Positions 38,719-49,802 of a stretch of 64,000 nt of DNA are shown piece by piece (the stretch's first letter is position 1; each line of letters begins with the position of its first letter). The DNA comes from an uncultured Nitrospiraceae bacterium. GTDB taxonomy: Bacteria > Nitrospirota > Thermodesulfovibrionia > Thermodesulfovibrionales > Dissulfurispiraceae. The position numbers were made by a program, and so were the translations under genes. The stretch spans positions 640,001-704,000 of the forward strand of contig CAVSHF010000005.1 of assembly GCA_963727805.1 (NCBI GenBank), given 5' to 3'. The notes below the pieces were generated by a model, which was given only the letters and a program-made list of their open reading frames with translations, was not told the origin of the DNA and searched no databases.

Positions 38719-41124
38719 TTACAATTTAGCAGCTATCTTCTCGATTACAAAATTCTCGAGGATGTCGCCGCTCTTGAGGTCGTTGAAGTTTTCTATCATT
38801 ATGCCGCATTCGTAGCCGGTCGCAACTTCGCGTACATCTTCCTTAAACCTTTTAAGAGAAGCTATCCTCCCCTGGTATACTACAATATTCTCGCGGATTA
38901 CCCTGATGCCATCACTAGATCGCAGCATCACACCGTCAATAACATGGCAGCCGGCGATCGTACCGAGTCGTGAAACCGAAAAGGTCTGACGCACCTCGGC
39001 CCTGCCCATCACCTTTTCCTTGATTGTCGGCTCGAGCATCCCTTCGAGTGCCTTTTTAACGTTCTCGATAGCTTCGTAGATAATATTGTAAAGCCTTAGA
39101 TCGACGCCTTCCTTTTCAGCAAGCTGCGCTGCCTTCGTTTCCGGCCTAACGTTGAAGCCGATAATAATTGCGTTAGATGCTGCCGCCAACATGACGTCTG
39201 ATTCATTGATTCCACCCACCGAAGCATGGATAACGTTCACCTTGACCTCAGCATGGGTTATGCCTTCGAATGCGCTCTTGATGGCCTCAACCGAGCCTTG
39301 GACATCACCTTTAAGTACGATGTTCAAGTCGCGAATCTGGCCTTCTTTGATCTTTGCATAAAGTTCATCAAGGGTTAGCTTCGGGTGTTTGATAATATCG
39401 CTGCCCTTCTGCTTCTGGAGCCTGATGAGGGCAATCTGCCTCGCTTTTCTCTCGTCCTCGACAACGGAAAAAATATCTCCAGATGTCGGGACTTCCGCGA
39501 AACCAATTACTTCAACCGGCGTTGATGGGCCGGCTTGGTGTATCTTTTTACCAGTGTCGTCGATAAGAGCACGCACCTTGCCTGATGTACCACCGGCGAC
39601 AAAGGCATCTCCGACCTTCAATGAGCCTGACTGGATGAGGACGGTGGCGATGGGCCCGCGTCCCCGGTCAAGTTTCGCCTCGATAATCGTACCTTTAGCC
39701 GGCCTGTTCGGGTTCGCCTTAAGCTCCATGATATCGGACTGAAGCAGAATCATTTCGAGAAGCCGTTCGATGCCAATCCGCTTCTTTGCAGACACCTCAA
39801 CAAAAATATTCTGTCCACCCCATTCTTCAGAGACCACACCATGTTCGGCGAGTTCCTGTCTCACCCGCTGGAGATTCGCTTCGGGTTTGTCTATCTTGTT
39901 AACCGCCACCACAATAGGGACTTTTGCCGCCTTTGCATGATCGATGGCCTCGATAGTCTGCGGCATTACGCCGTCATCGGCTGCAACGACAAGGACAACA
40001 ATATCGGTGACTTTCGCTCCCCTGGCCCTTAGTGCTGTAAACGCCTCGTGACCGGGGGTATCGAGAAATGTAATATATTTCCCCTGAAGAGAAACTTTAT
40101 ATGCGCCGATGTGCTGGGTAATGCCGCCTGCCTCGGTCTCGGTCACCTTCGTTACCCGGATTGCGTCAAGGAGAGATGTCTTGCCGTGGTCGACATGGCC
40201 CATGATCGTAACCACCGGAGGTCTTGGTACAAGGTCCTCTTTCCCTTCGACTACCGCTTCAATGACGTCGAGTTGCTCGGAAGAGGCGAATTCAATCTTG
40301 ACACTAAAGTTATCGGCAACGAGTATCGCTGCATCCATGTCCACGGGTTGGTTGATTGTCGGCATATACCCAAGATCCATGAACTTCTTGATCACCTCGG
40401 GTACCTTGTGGCCGATGGCATCGGCAAACTCTTTCACTGTCGTCCCTTCCTGAAGTTTAATCGATTTTTTCCTCGGAGCAGTAATCGGCGGAGGAAGGAC
40501 AGGCTCGGGTCTTCTGAACCTATTCGGTCTCTTTGCTGCCTTGAGATCCACCCATTTCTTCTGCTCTATCTTCCTGACGGTCTGAAATGCCTTTTGCATG
40601 GCCGGCTTGACCTTGATCTTCTCCAATTTTTCGACCTCAACCTCCTTACGGAAGCGATCAGGTATTGCAACCTCTTCTTCCTCTGCTGTGGCAATCACCG
40701 GCGATTCGGGTTCCAGGGTCTTTTCTTCAACAAATGACCTCATCGGTGGCAGAGCAGCCTCTCTTCTGTTATCTTCCTCTCTGATTTCCTTTTTTAATCC
40801 CTCTTTTTTTTGAGGCTCCGGCTTTACCTTTATCGTGGGAATCTCCCTTTCGGGCTTTTTCTCTTTACGCGAAACAATCTCTTTTTTGATTTCCTGCTTT
40901 ATCGGCTTTGGATAAGCCTCAGTAACTTTTTCGCCAGCTTGTGCTGGCTTTGAGGTTACGAAGACATTCCTTATCTTCTGTACTTCCTCGTCACTTAGCT
41001 TTATATTTGTCGTTCCCTTCTTATATTCGGCGCCTCTCAGTTTAGCGACAGCCGTGACCACATCGGTCGCTTTTACTCCAAGTTCCTTTGCCAGTTCAGC
41101 GCTTTTTATCCCATCAGCGGACAT
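38719..41124 (-). CDS. infB: translation initiation factor IF-2
   Basis: [46 protein letters not shown]. Confidence 0.97.
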   Translation of the reverse strand: MSADGIKSAELAKELGVKATDVVTAVAKLRGAEYKKGTTNIKLSDEEVQKIRNVFVTSKPAQAGEKVTEAYPKPIKQEIKKEIVSRKEKKPEREIPTIKVKPEPQKKEGLKKEIREEDNRREAALPPMRSFVEEKTLEPESPVIATAEEEEVAIPDRFRKEVEVEKLEKIKVKPAMQKAFQTVRKIEQKKWVDLKAAKRPNRFRRPEPVLPPPITAPRKKSIKLQEGTTVKEFADAIGHKVPEVIKKFMDLGYMPTINQPVDMDAAILVADNFSVKIEFASSEQLDVIEAVVEGKEDLVPRPPVVTIMGHVDHGKTSLLDAIRVTKVTETEAGGITQHIGAYKVSLQGKYITFLDTPGHEAFTALRARGAKVTDIVVLVVAADDGVMPQTIEAIDHAKAAKVPIVVAVNKIDKPEANLQRVRQELAEHGVVSEEWGGQNIFVEVSAKKRIGIERLLEMILLQSDIMELKANPNRPAKGTIIEAKLDRGRGPIATVLIQSGSLKVGDAFVAGGTSGKVRALIDDTGKKIHQAGPSTPVEVIGFAEVPTSGDIFSVVEDERKARQIALIRLQKQKGSDIIKHPKLTLDELYAKIKEGQIRDLNIVLKGDVQGSVEAIKSAFEGITHAEVKVNVIHASVGGINESDVMLAAASNAIIIGFNVRPETKAAQLAEKEGVDLRLYNIIYEAIENVKKALEGMLEPTIKEKVMGRAEVRQTFSVSRLGTIAGCHVIDGVMLRSSDGIRVIRENIVVYQGRIASLKRFKEDVREVATGYECGIMIENFNDLKSGDILENFVIEKIAAKL

Positions 41125-41239
41125 TTATTCTGCTCCTTCCGTGAGACTGTCTGCATTAATCATCGAAGTCTCTTGTAACAACGTAACTAAAATGTTATCA
41201 TAAAAGACTTTATATATGCAATGAATCAAGGAGGCTACA

Positions 41240-41428
41240 ATGGCAGTTTGTCAGGTCTGCGGCAAGAAAAGAACGATGGGCAACAACGTGAGTCACGCCA
41301 ATAACAGAACGAAAAGGATCATCCTGCCGAACATACAGAGGATCAAGATTGCGACCGAAGGCGGAGCAAAAAGGGCCTATGTTTGCACAAGATGTCTCAG
41401 ATCGAACAAGGTCGTAAAAGCGGTATAA
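41240..41428 (+). CDS. rpmB: 50S ribosomal protein L28
   Basis: [31 protein letters not shown]. Confidence 0.96.
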   Translation: MAVCQVCGKKRTMGNNVSHANNRTKRIILPNIQRIKIATEGGAKRAYVCTRCLRSNKVVKAV

Positions 41429-41508
41429 CCCATCGGAAGCAAAAGGCCAGAAAGGAGGGTTCGTGTATCGCGATATAATCCCTCCCTCAGGCCTCGCAGT
41501 GTTTAGCC

Positions 41509-41976
41509 ATGCGTAAGCAATCTCTGCATCCAGTCGACGCCCTGTTGAATTCTCTGTTCCGAGACCTGGGCATCTCTGAACGCATCCGAATTGAGACACT
41601 AAGGCGGAAGTGGTGCAGCATCTTCGCCGAACCACTTTCCAGTCACACGGCACCAGCAGATCTCAAGGATGGCAAACTTGTCATCGCGGTCGATTCGCCG
41701 GCATGGCTTCAGCATTTGAAGTTTCTAAAAAGAGAAATATCTGGCAAACTCAAGTCGCACGGCATCAAGGACATAAAGCTCAAACTCGGGCGCGTCCACA
41801 TCGACAACGACCATCAGATGCCGGGAAAATTAGCACCCCCTGAATTCTTCAGGGAATTGACTGATGAGGACATCGCTCGCATCGATCACACGATATCGGG
41901 AGTCGAGGACGGGGAACTAAAAGACGTTATCAAGCAGGCGATGGAAAAAGCGACCAGGAGAAAGTTACGAGATTGA
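41509..41976 (+). CDS. DUF721/DciA family protein
   Basis: W..I....LSSHTAP..L.DGKLVIAVDSPAWLQHL pattern. Confidence 0.8.
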   Translation: MRKQSLHPVDALLNSLFRDLGISERIRIETLRRKWCSIFAEPLSSHTAPADLKDGKLVIAVDSPAWLQHLKFLKREISGKLKSHGIKDIKLKLGRVHIDNDHQMPGKLAPPEFFRELTDEDIARIDHTISGVEDGELKDVIKQAMEKATRRKLRD

Positions 41977-41987
41977 CAGGGGTTACA

Positions 41988-42047
41988 TTAAAAAGAGTTA
42001 AAGGGCGATAGAGTTGAACACATCTTTTGCCCATTAACTCTTTTTAA
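41988..42047. terminator. bidirectional hairpin between the DUF721 gene and clpX
   Basis: Inverted repeat TTAAAAAGAGTTAA/TTAACTCTTTTTAA with inner GGGC/GCCC. Confidence 0.6.
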
Positions 42048-43289
42048 CTATGCCGATTCAGCCACTTTGTGGTAGACAATGAGCGGCTTTTCCTTTTTGT
42101 GGATCGCTTCTTCATTGACGACACATTCGGCGACTTCCCTCTTAGAGGGAATCTCGTACATGATATCTAGCATCACGTCCTCGAGGATCGACCGCAATCC
42201 CCTGGCTCCTGCCTTTCTATCAATAGCTTTTTTTGCGACTGCTGCCAGGGCACTTTCGGTGAATTTCAACTTAACATTATCAAGCGAGAAGAGTTTCTGA
42301 TACTGTTTCACCAGTGCGTTCTTAGGCTCTGTCAGAATCCTGATGAGGGCTGCCTCATCCAGCTCGGTAAGCGTCGCAATCACCGGAAGCCTCCCGATGA
42401 ATTCGGGGATAAGTCCGTACTTGAGCAGGTCTTCGGGTTCTACGGACTCAATGATGTTCGCAGCCTTCTTCTCCTCTTCCCTGAGCGGCTCGGAACCAAA
42501 GCCTATCCTTTTTTTACCGCTTCGCTCTTCGATGATCTTGTCGAGACCTACAAATGCACCTCCGCAGATGAAAAGGATATTAGTTGTATCGAGAGGTATA
42601 TACTCCTGCTGTGGATGCTTCCTGCCACCCTGGGGAGGGATGTTGGCCACAGTACCCTCAACAATTTTCAGTAGGGCCTGCTGCACTCCCTCACCGGATA
42701 CATCCCTAGTGATGGAAGGGCTATCGCTCTTCCTGCTGATCTTGTCAATCTCATCGATGTAGACAATGCCAATCTGGGCGCGCCCCACATCGTAATTGGC
42801 AGCCTGAAGGAGCTTCAGCAGGACGTTCTCGACGTCCTCGCCGACATATCCAGCCTCAGTCAGTGTCGTAGCGTCGGCAATGGTGAAGGGAACATCGAGG
42901 AGACGAGCAAGCGTCTGCGCAAAGAGCGTCTTGCCGGTTCCCGTAGGCCCTATCATAAGGATGTTGCTTTTCTGTAGTTCTACGTCAGATTTCGAACCTT
43001 TGAATATCCTTTTGTAGTGGTTGTGCACCGCCACAGCGAGAACCTTCTTGGCCCGTTCCTGGCCGATTACATAATCATTCAGAAATTTGTGTATCTCTGA
43101 AGGCGTGGGAAGCTTTTTAGCGGGTACTTCCTCCCGATTGCTTAACTCCTCTTCTATAATCTCATCGCAGAGGCTGACACATTCATTGCAAATGTATACC
43201 ATTGGCCCCGCAATAAGCTTTTTAACCTCATCTTGCCCCTTCCCGCAGAAGGAACACCTGAGGACCGATTCATTAGATTTTTTCGCCAT
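42048..43289 (-). CDS. clpX: ATP-dependent Clp protease ATP-binding subunit ClpX
   Basis: CSFCGK Zn domain, [20 protein letters not shown]. Confidence 0.97.
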   Translation of the reverse strand: MAKKSNESVLRCSFCGKGQDEVKKLIAGPMVYICNECVSLCDEIIEEELSNREEVPAKKLPTPSEIHKFLNDYVIGQERAKKVLAVAVHNHYKRIFKGSKSDVELQKSNILMIGPTGTGKTLFAQTLARLLDVPFTIADATTLTEAGYVGEDVENVLLKLLQAANYDVGRAQIGIVYIDEIDKISRKSDSPSITRDVSGEGVQQALLKIVEGTVANIPPQGGRKHPQQEYIPLDTTNILFICGGAFVGLDKIIEERSGKKRIGFGSEPLREEEKKAANIIESVEPEDLLKYGLIPEFIGRLPVIATLTELDEAALIRILTEPKNALVKQYQKLFSLDNVKLKFTESALAAVAKKAIDRKAGARGLRSILEDVMLDIMYEIPSKREVAECVVNEEAIHKKEKPLIVYHKVAESA

Positions 43290-43359
43290 AGTTCTCCTCC
43301 ACGTACCAGCGCAGCCGGCACCCTTCTTCGCAGACGTATAGCAATACGCCCCCTGCTTC

Positions 43360-43959
43360 TTATTTTTTTGGGGCTTCTTTGAGGGAATAGATAACATCGT
43401 CGACGATACCATACTGCTTGGCATCGTCACCCGACATGAAGTAATCCCGCTCAGTATCCGCCTTGATCCTATCGAGGCCCTTCCCGCTATGCTTAGCAAG
43501 GATTCCGTTCAGGGTCTCTTTCATCTTCAATATCTCTCTGGCATGAATCTCGACATCCGTCGCCTGTCCATAAAAGCCGCCTATTGGTTGATGTATCATG
43601 ATGCGCGAGTTCGGTAACGCGAACCTTTTACCCGTCGTGCCCGCGCAAAGCAGCAGGGCACCCATACTGGCGGCCTGTCCTATGCAATAGGTGCAGATGT
43701 TCGGCTTCACATACTGCATGGTGTCATAGATCGCTAAACCCGCCGAAACAGAACCTCCCGGAGAATTGATATAAATATGGATGTCTTTGTCAGGGTCCTC
43801 AGTCTGAAGGAACAGCAACTGCGCGATGACTACATTCGCCACGTTATCGTCGATGGCCATTCCAATAAAGATGATCCTGTCTTTGAGAAGCCGTGAATAT
43901 ATGTCATAGACCCGTTCAGTTCTGCCTGTCTGTTCGATTACAATGGGAACAATGCTCAT
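43360..43959 (-). CDS. clpP: Clp protease proteolytic subunit
   Basis: [25 protein letters not shown]. Confidence 0.97.
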   Translation of the reverse strand: MSIVPIVIEQTGRTERVYDIYSRLLKDRIIFIGMAIDDNVANVVIAQLLFLQTEDPDKDIHIYINSPGGSVSAGLAIYDTMQYVKPNICTYCIGQAASMGALLLCAGTTGKRFALPNSRIMIHQPIGGFYGQATDVEIHAREILKMKETLNGILAKHSGKGLDRIKADTERDYFMSGDDAKQYGIVDDVIYSLKEAPKK

Positions 43960-43962
43960 GTG

Positions 43963-45198
43963 TTACTCCTTTTCTATTTTTGCTTTGTCGAGGAGGGCCT
44001 TCATAGCCTTCTTCTCATAAATGGCATTTCTGACACCTTCCAAAGAACCATCCCTCGCAACATAATATTTTATGACATTCTCGGGGGAGATATAATACCT
44101 CCTCGCAAAATTAAGGACCTCTTCCTTGATCTCATCTTCCGAGACGGTGATGCCCTCCCTTTCTCCTATTATATCCAAAAGGATGGAAACCTTTGCACTC
44201 TTTTCAGCTCTGGGTCGGTATTCCCTGGCGAGTTCCTCGTCAGTTCCCGTCGCCTTCCCAGATGCCCTAATCTCGCCGAGCATCTTTTCGAGATCAGCAT
44301 CTATCATGGTCTCGGGGGCATCAAAGGTATGGGTCGCAAGCAGCTTTTCTATGATTGCGATCTGTTTCTTCCTATCTGCCTCGGCACTTTTTGAGGCCAA
44401 CAGGTCTTCCCTCACTCTCTCCCTGAGGCCCTGAAGGTTTTCAACGCCTATATCCTTTGCGAGTTCATCGTCAACAGCAGGTATGTTCCGCCTTTTTATA
44501 TCCTTTATTTTCATTGTAAATTTTGGCGTCTTCCCGGCGAACTGGGTTGTAGAATCCTCGGGGAATGAAATCTCTGTTGAAAACTCATCGCCCTTTTTCT
44601 TTCCTATGAGAGCATTAAAGAACTCCCTCGGATAAGGCCCACTGCCGACCTTTATAACGGCATCCTTCGTTTCCACGCCATCTTCAGTTGTGTAATCGAT
44701 GGTGACAAGATCTCCGGAGGCCACGACATCGTCAATAGCCTCAAATGTTCCCTTCTCCTCGGCGACGTTCTTGATAATGTCATCAATCTCACTGTCCGTT
44801 ATCTCTATGGGTACCTCTTTGACCGGGATATTCTCATATTCAAGGTTCTCTATTTTCGGCCTCACTTCGACGGTAAAGGTCATCGAGAGTGAACTATTCC
44901 TCTTGAAATCGATCGCGTCCTCCATTTCAGGCTGAGATACCGGCTTAATATCAGCCTCTTTTACCGCCAGCATATAATGGTCGGGAACGATCTTTTCAAG
45001 GACTTCTGACTCGACACTCTTGCCATATCTCTTCTCGATAATGGTCATCGGAGCCTTGCCTGACCTGAACCCGGGGATTTGAGCCTTTCTCTGGGCCGCT
45101 TGAAGCCCTTTCTGTATCTCCTCCTCTACCACATTGGCGGGGATTTCTATGGTAAGACGTTTCTTGGTCGCTGAGATTTCTTCACAAGATTTAAGCAA
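43963..45198 (-). CDS. tig: trigger factor
   Basis: IPGFRSGKAP ribosome-binding motif; TTG start after AAGGAGG; tig-clpP-clpX order. Confidence 0.93.
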   Translation of the reverse strand: MLKSCEEISATKKRLTIEIPANVVEEEIQKGLQAAQRKAQIPGFRSGKAPMTIIEKRYGKSVESEVLEKIVPDHYMLAVKEADIKPVSQPEMEDAIDFKRNSSLSMTFTVEVRPKIENLEYENIPVKEVPIEITDSEIDDIIKNVAEEKGTFEAIDDVVASGDLVTIDYTTEDGVETKDAVIKVGSGPYPREFFNALIGKKKGDEFSTEISFPEDSTTQFAGKTPKFTMKIKDIKRRNIPAVDDELAKDIGVENLQGLRERVREDLLASKSAEADRKKQIAIIEKLLATHTFDAPETMIDADLEKMLGEIRASGKATGTDEELAREYRPRAEKSAKVSILLDIIGEREGITVSEDEIKEEVLNFARRYYISPENVIKYYVARDGSLEGVRNAIYEKKAMKALLDKAKIEKE

Positions 45199-45243
45199 CG
45201 GACCCTCCTTATTATATGATTTGCGTTTGATTTTCAAATATTT

Positions 45244-45273
45244 AGTTTAAATGGTAAAGTGGCCCTTTGTCAA
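45244..45273 (-). promoter_or_regulatory. putative sigma70 promoter of tig-clpPX
   Basis: TTGACA-18 bp-TAAACT on minus strand. Confidence 0.55.
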
Positions 45274-45492
45274 TTTTCAACAGCTTATTTGGCGGTTTCA
45301 CCTACGAGTACTTATATCAGCCTCACGATGCCATCGCATAAAACCATTTCTTGACTAAAAAATAGCGACGGGTTCTGTTTTGCGATCCATCCTGCAAAGA
45401 CGATACAATGATTAGAACGCACCAAGCTCGCCTAATGATAAGTTGTACAGCACACAAGATATTTCTTGCATGTAAAAAAATCCAAGAAACAT

Positions 45493-45519
45493 AAAAAAGG
45501 GATTCCGATGGAATCCCTT
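45493..45519 (-). terminator. terminator of the alpha operon
   Basis: AAGGGATTCC-gat-GGAATCCCTT stem with U-tract on minus strand, downstream of rplQ. Confidence 0.8.
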
Positions 45520-45552
45520 CATATTTTCTGGGATTGTGATAGTTGTCTTCGC

Positions 45553-46047
45553 CTAGTCGGCCTTTTCAACAGGTCTTTTAGTCTTTTTTGTCTTCTCTGA
45601 TGAAGCTTTCTTTGTCTCTTTCCTCGGTTTTGCAGCCTTCTTTTCAGTTTTGGTAGCGCTTCCAGTTTCGGTGGGCTTCGTCTTGATATCTTCGTAATCG
45701 ATAAATTCTATGATTGCCATATCGGCGCGATCGTTGATGCGTTGGCGCGTCTGAACTATCCGCAGATAACCACCGTTACGGTCAGCAAAACGTGGAGCAA
45801 TCTCTGAAAAGAGCTTCGACATAACCGTCCGATTAGGGATGTACGACATAACCATCCTCTTTGCATGAAGATCTCCTCTCTTACCGAAGGTGACGAGCTT
45901 TTCAGCGATTCCCTTGATCGCCTTTGCCTTCGCCACTGTCGTCTCTATTCTCTGATGTTCAAAAAGAGAGGATACCAACCCTCTCAGGAGTGCCTTTCTC
46001 TGGTTGGCCGTTCTGCCGAAGAGCCTCCCTGCCACTTTATGACGCAT
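45553..46047 (-). CDS. rplQ: 50S ribosomal protein L17
   Basis: MRHKVAGRLFGR, RIETTVAKAK, RNGGYLRI; Lys-rich tail. Confidence 0.96.
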   Translation of the reverse strand: MRHKVAGRLFGRTANQRKALLRGLVSSLFEHQRIETTVAKAKAIKGIAEKLVTFGKRGDLHAKRMVMSYIPNRTVMSKLFSEIAPRFADRNGGYLRIVQTRQRINDRADMAIIEFIDYEDIKTKPTETGSATKTEKKAAKPRKETKKASSEKTKKTKRPVEKAD

Positions 46048-47047
46048 TGTTGTCAATACCTCCTTTAGCGGCCGTTTCGAACCTCATTCCCAGGTGCAGT
46101 CCCATGGAACTCAGGATGTCTTTTATCTCGTTTAATGACCTTCGGCCGAAATTCTTAGTCCTCAACATCTCGTTTTCCGTCTTCTGAACGAGGTCGGCAA
46201 TAGTTTTGATGTTAGCGTTCTTGAGGCAGTTATATGCCCTGACGGAAAGTTCGAGTTCATCGATATTCTTGATGAGGTTTTCGTTCAGGAGCGCTCCCGA
46301 AACGGCCTTACGCGAAGCACCAGCCGGCTCCTCAGCACTGTCGTTCTCTTCAACAAAAATGAAGAGGTCAAGGTGTTCCATCAATATTGATGCTGCATCG
46401 CTGACCGCCTTCTCTGGGGTAATCCCGCCGTCGGTCCAGACCTCCATAATTAGCCTGTCATAATCCGTAGACCTACCGACTCTCGCCTTTTCGACCCAAA
46501 AATTCACCTTTTGAATAGGACTAAAGGCCGAATCAACCGCAATAACGTCAACAGGGAGACCCTCTTCCTTATTCTGTTCTGCCGGAACGTAGCCCTTTCC
46601 CTTTTGAATGTACATCTCCATTTCCATAGTAGTTCCGGAATCTACGGTGGCGAGGTAATAGTCCTTGTTCAATATCTCGACGCCCTGGTCCGTCAGGATA
46701 TCAGCTCCGGTAAGGACCTTGGGGCCCTTGGTGTTCACCGTAACAGTCCTCTTTCCGTCTCCGTGCATCTTTAGCCTAAGTTTCTTAATGTTGAGAATAA
46801 CATCGACAACATCTTCCTTCACGCCTTTGATTGCCGAAAACTCATGCAGAACACCGGCAATCTTGACGCCCGTAACCGCAGCCCCCTCGATTGACGAGAG
46901 TAGGACTCTGCGAAGCGAATTCCCTATGGTCATGCCAAATCCACGCTCTAACGGCTCTACAACAAGCTTCCCGTATGAATCTGTCCGTGTTTCAGCATCA
47001 AAATTGATCTTCTTGGGCAACTGAAAGCCCCTTTTCACAAGGTCCAT
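46037..47047 (-). CDS. rpoA: RNA polymerase alpha subunit
   Basis: EPLERGFGxTIGNSLRRVLLSS; LELSVRAYNCLK; KNFGRRSLNEI. Confidence 0.98.
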   Translation of the reverse strand: MDLVKRGFQLPKKINFDAETRTDSYGKLVVEPLERGFGMTIGNSLRRVLLSSIEGAAVTGVKIAGVLHEFSAIKGVKEDVVDVILNIKKLRLKMHGDGKRTVTVNTKGPKVLTGADILTDQGVEILNKDYYLATVDSGTTMEMEMYIQKGKGYVPAEQNKEEGLPVDVIAVDSAFSPIQKVNFWVEKARVGRSTDYDRLIMEVWTDGGITPEKAVSDAASILMEHLDLFIFVEENDSAEEPAGASRKAVSGALLNENLIKNIDELELSVRAYNCLKNANIKTIADLVQKTENEMLRTKNFGRRSLNEIKDILSSMGLHLGMRFETAAKGGIDNNAS

Positions 47048-47141
47048 CGTAAGGCCTCCCTAATGCCTTTGGTTCTATTTTAATTTATACTTTATATCGT
47101 CAAGTGCGGGGCCTGTACGCCCGGCATTATCTGTTCAATAA

Positions 47142-47768
47142 CTATTTCGAGTAAAGCTCGACGATGAGCTGCTCTTGGACGGGCAATTGGATCTCATCGC
47201 GCGTAGGTATCCTGATAAAGGTCCCCTTCATGCCCTGAGCGTCAAACTGAATCCAATCAGGGATGCCCCTGTGCTCCGCCACTGAAAGACTTTCAACGAT
47301 CGTCGGGTTCTCCTTACTTGACTCTTTAATCGCGACCACATCACCCGGCTTAAGAAGGTGTGATGGAATATCTGCACTCCGTCCGTTGACGAGAAAGTGT
47401 CCATGCTTGACGAGCTGGCGTGCCTCTCTCCGGTTCGCAGCAAAACCCATCCTGAATACCGCTGCATCAAGCCTTCTTTCCAAAAGCTGCAGCAACAGCT
47501 CACCGGTGACACCCTTCATACTCGATGCCTTTTCGAAATAGAGCCTGAACTGGCGCTCCATGATGCCGTAGATCCTTCTAACCTTTTGCTTTTCCCTGAG
47601 CTGCAATCCGTAGTCGGATAGCTTGCCCCGGCTTTGTCCATGCTGGCCGGGCGCGTACTTCCTTCTCTCGATGCCACATTTTTCGGTATAGCACCGTGTG
47701 CCCTTGAGAAAAAGTTTTTCTCCCTCTCTCCTGCACAATCTACATAAAGGACCTGTATAACGCGCCAT
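47142..47768 (-). CDS. rpsD: 30S ribosomal protein S4
   Basis: [31 protein letters not shown]. Confidence 0.98.
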   Translation of the reverse strand: MARYTGPLCRLCRREGEKLFLKGTRCYTEKCGIERRKYAPGQHGQSRGKLSDYGLQLREKQKVRRIYGIMERQFRLYFEKASSMKGVTGELLLQLLERRLDAAVFRMGFAANRREARQLVKHGHFLVNGRSADIPSHLLKPGDVVAIKESSKENPTIVESLSVAEHRGIPDWIQFDAQGMKGTFIRIPTRDEIQLPVQEQLIVELYSK

Positions 47769-48154
47769 TACACCCTCCTCCTTTTTGGCGGTCTGCAGCC
47801 ATTGTGAGGGACTGGTGTCACGTCCTTAATCAGTGTAATATCCAGACCGGCTGCCTGGAGTGCACGGATAGCCGTCTCTCTTCCGGCGCCAGGCCCTTTC
47901 ACGAATACATCAACATGTTTCAGGCCCATTTCCATGGCCTTCTTGGCCGCCGATTCGGACGCCATCTGTGCTGCAAAAGGAGTACCCTTCCTTGACCCCT
48001 TGAACCCGAGGCTCCCGGCGCTTGACCACGCAATTACATTTCCGTTCGGATCAGTAATTGTGACAATTGTATTGTTAAATGTGGTCTGTATGTGCGCGGC
48101 GCCGCTGGGGATATTTTTCTTGACTTTTTTTCCGCTGCGTTTTTTCTGAGCCAT
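47768..48154 (-). CDS. rpsK: 30S ribosomal protein S11
   Basis: [35 protein letters not shown]. Confidence 0.98.
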   Translation of the reverse strand: MAQKKRSGKKVKKNIPSGAAHIQTTFNNTIVTITDPNGNVIAWSSAGSLGFKGSRKGTPFAAQMASESAAKKAMEMGLKHVDVFVKGPGAGRETAIRALQAAGLDITLIKDVTPVPHNGCRPPKRRRV

Positions 48155-48171
48155 TAAAGTGCACTCCTCCT

Positions 48172-48537
48172 TTACTTTTTCTTCACGATGAGCTTCCGGG
48201 GTCCCTTGCGAGTCCGGGCATTCGTACGGGTCCTCTGTCCTCGAGCAGGCAGATGGGCTTTGTGCCTCAATCCACGATACGATCCGATATCGATCAGCCT
48301 CTTGATATTCATGGCTATCTCGCGTCTCAAGTCACCCTCAACCTTCTCGTCCTTCTCGATGACATTTCTTATCTTGACAATATCATCATCGGTGAGGTTT
48401 TTGACTCTTGTGTCGGGATTCACGCCCGTCTCTTTAAGAATCTTCGTTGACAGGGGTCTGCCAATGCCAAATATGCGCGTAAGTCCTATCTCGACGCGCT
48501 CGTTCTTGGGAAGATCAACCCCGGCTATTCTCGCCAT
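48172..48537 (-). CDS. rpsM: 30S ribosomal protein S13
   Basis: [24 protein letters not shown]. Confidence 0.97.
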   Translation of the reverse strand: MARIAGVDLPKNERVEIGLTRIFGIGRPLSTKILKETGVNPDTRVKNLTDDDIVKIRNVIEKDEKVEGDLRREIAMNIKRLIDIGSYRGLRHKAHLPARGQRTRTNARTRKGPRKLIVKKK

Positions 48538-48612
48538 AAAAAACTCCTTTATCCTTATGATATTGAATACTATAAAAGCTCTGTCATACAAACTCGACAC
48601 ATACGAGCACGT

Positions 48613-48726
48613 TTATCCCTGTCGCTGTTTGTGCCTCGGGTTCTCGCAAAGCACCCTCAAAACGCCTTTTCTCTTAACAATCTTACATTTCGAACAGATT
48701 GTTTTCACAGAAGGCCTCACCTTCAT
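48613..48726 (-). CDS. rpmJ: 50S ribosomal protein L36
   Basis: Hand-translated [37 protein letters not shown] (37 aa, below ORF-track cutoff). Confidence 0.97.
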   Translation of the reverse strand: MKVRPSVKTICSKCKIVKRKGVLRVLCENPRHKQRQG

Positions 48727-48790
48727 CGTCCATCCTCCTCATCGGAAAAAGCGAAAAGCAGGCAAAGCGGCCGCCTTAAGCCTCCCTTAT

Positions 48791-49009
48791 TTACTTGAAC
48801 CGATACGTAATTCGTCCTTTCGTCAGATCATAGGGTGACAATTCCACCGTCACTTTGTCCCCCGGCAGTATTTTGATGAAATGCATTCTCATTTTTCCCG
48901 AGACGTAGGCAAGTATTACCTGTCCGTTTTCAAGCTCCACCTTGAACATCGCATTCGGCAAAGGTTCAAGGATTGTTCCCTGTACTTCAATATTTTCTTC
49001 TTTCGCCAT
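48791..49009 (-). CDS. infA: translation initiation factor IF-1
   Basis: [33 protein letters not shown]. Confidence 0.98.
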   Translation of the reverse strand: MAKEENIEVQGTILEPLPNAMFKVELENGQVILAYVSGKMRMHFIKILPGDKVTVELSPYDLTKGRITYRFK

Positions 49010-49037
49010 AGTCGTAATCAAACAGTATACCTTTTTA

Positions 49038-49787
49038 TCAATATTTAGTCAATATTTTGGGTGCATGCTTCGTCACGGCAATGGTATGTTCAAAATGGGC
49101 CGACAACGAGCCGTCCGATGTCAACGCAGTCCAGCCGTCCTCCAGAATACGGACCTCATGTCCTCCCGCATTTACCATAGGCTCAATAGCAAGGGTCATG
49201 CCTTCTTTGAGTCGGAGCCCCTGTCCCCGCCTCCCGAAATTGGGAACCTGAGGATCCTCGTGTAGAGAACGCCCGATTCCGTGTCCGACAAAAGCTCTTA
49301 CGACAGAAAAGCCATTCGCTTCGACATGCTCCTGTATGGCCGCCGATATGTCCCCTATCCTGTTCCCCGCAACAGCCTCTGCGATGCCCAGGGAAAGTGC
49401 CTTCTCAGTAACTTCCATCAATCGGGCAGCCTCCGGTTGGATGTCACCAACGGCGATAGTCATAGCTGCATCACCATAAAAACCGTCCAAAATTACTCCA
49501 AGATCGACGCCGACGATGTCGCCGTTTTTTAGGCTCATCGACTGAGAAGGGATACCATGGATCACCTGATCGTTAACCGATACGCAAACACTTGAAGGGT
49601 AGCCCCGATATCCCCGGAAGGCGGCAATGGCCCCTCTTTTGCGTATCGCCTCATCGACAAACGACTCAATATCTGCTGTCGTCATTCCCACAGCCATATG
49701 AGCTTTCAACCCAGCGAGGATTTCTGCCACAATCCGGCAGGCCTCACCGATTTTCCGTATTTCAGCCTGTGATTTTACGATTACCAC
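49038..49787 (-). CDS. map: methionine aminopeptidase type I
   Basis: HGIP, GFYGDAA, GHGIG..LHEDP, AIEPM, SAHFEHT. Confidence 0.97.
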   Translation of the reverse strand: MVIVKSQAEIRKIGEACRIVAEILAGLKAHMAVGMTTADIESFVDEAIRKRGAIAAFRGYRGYPSSVCVSVNDQVIHGIPSQSMSLKNGDIVGVDLGVILDGFYGDAAMTIAVGDIQPEAARLMEVTEKALSLGIAEAVAGNRIGDISAAIQEHVEANGFSVVRAFVGHGIGRSLHEDPQVPNFGRRGQGLRLKEGMTLAIEPMVNAGGHEVRILEDGWTALTSDGSLSAHFEHTIAVTKHAPKILTKY

Positions 49788-49802
49788 GCTGCCGGGATCA
49801 AA

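Noticed and set aside
45240..45550. tRNA expected upstream of tig
   Set aside because: No cloverleaf, TTCGA T-loop or acceptor stem found.
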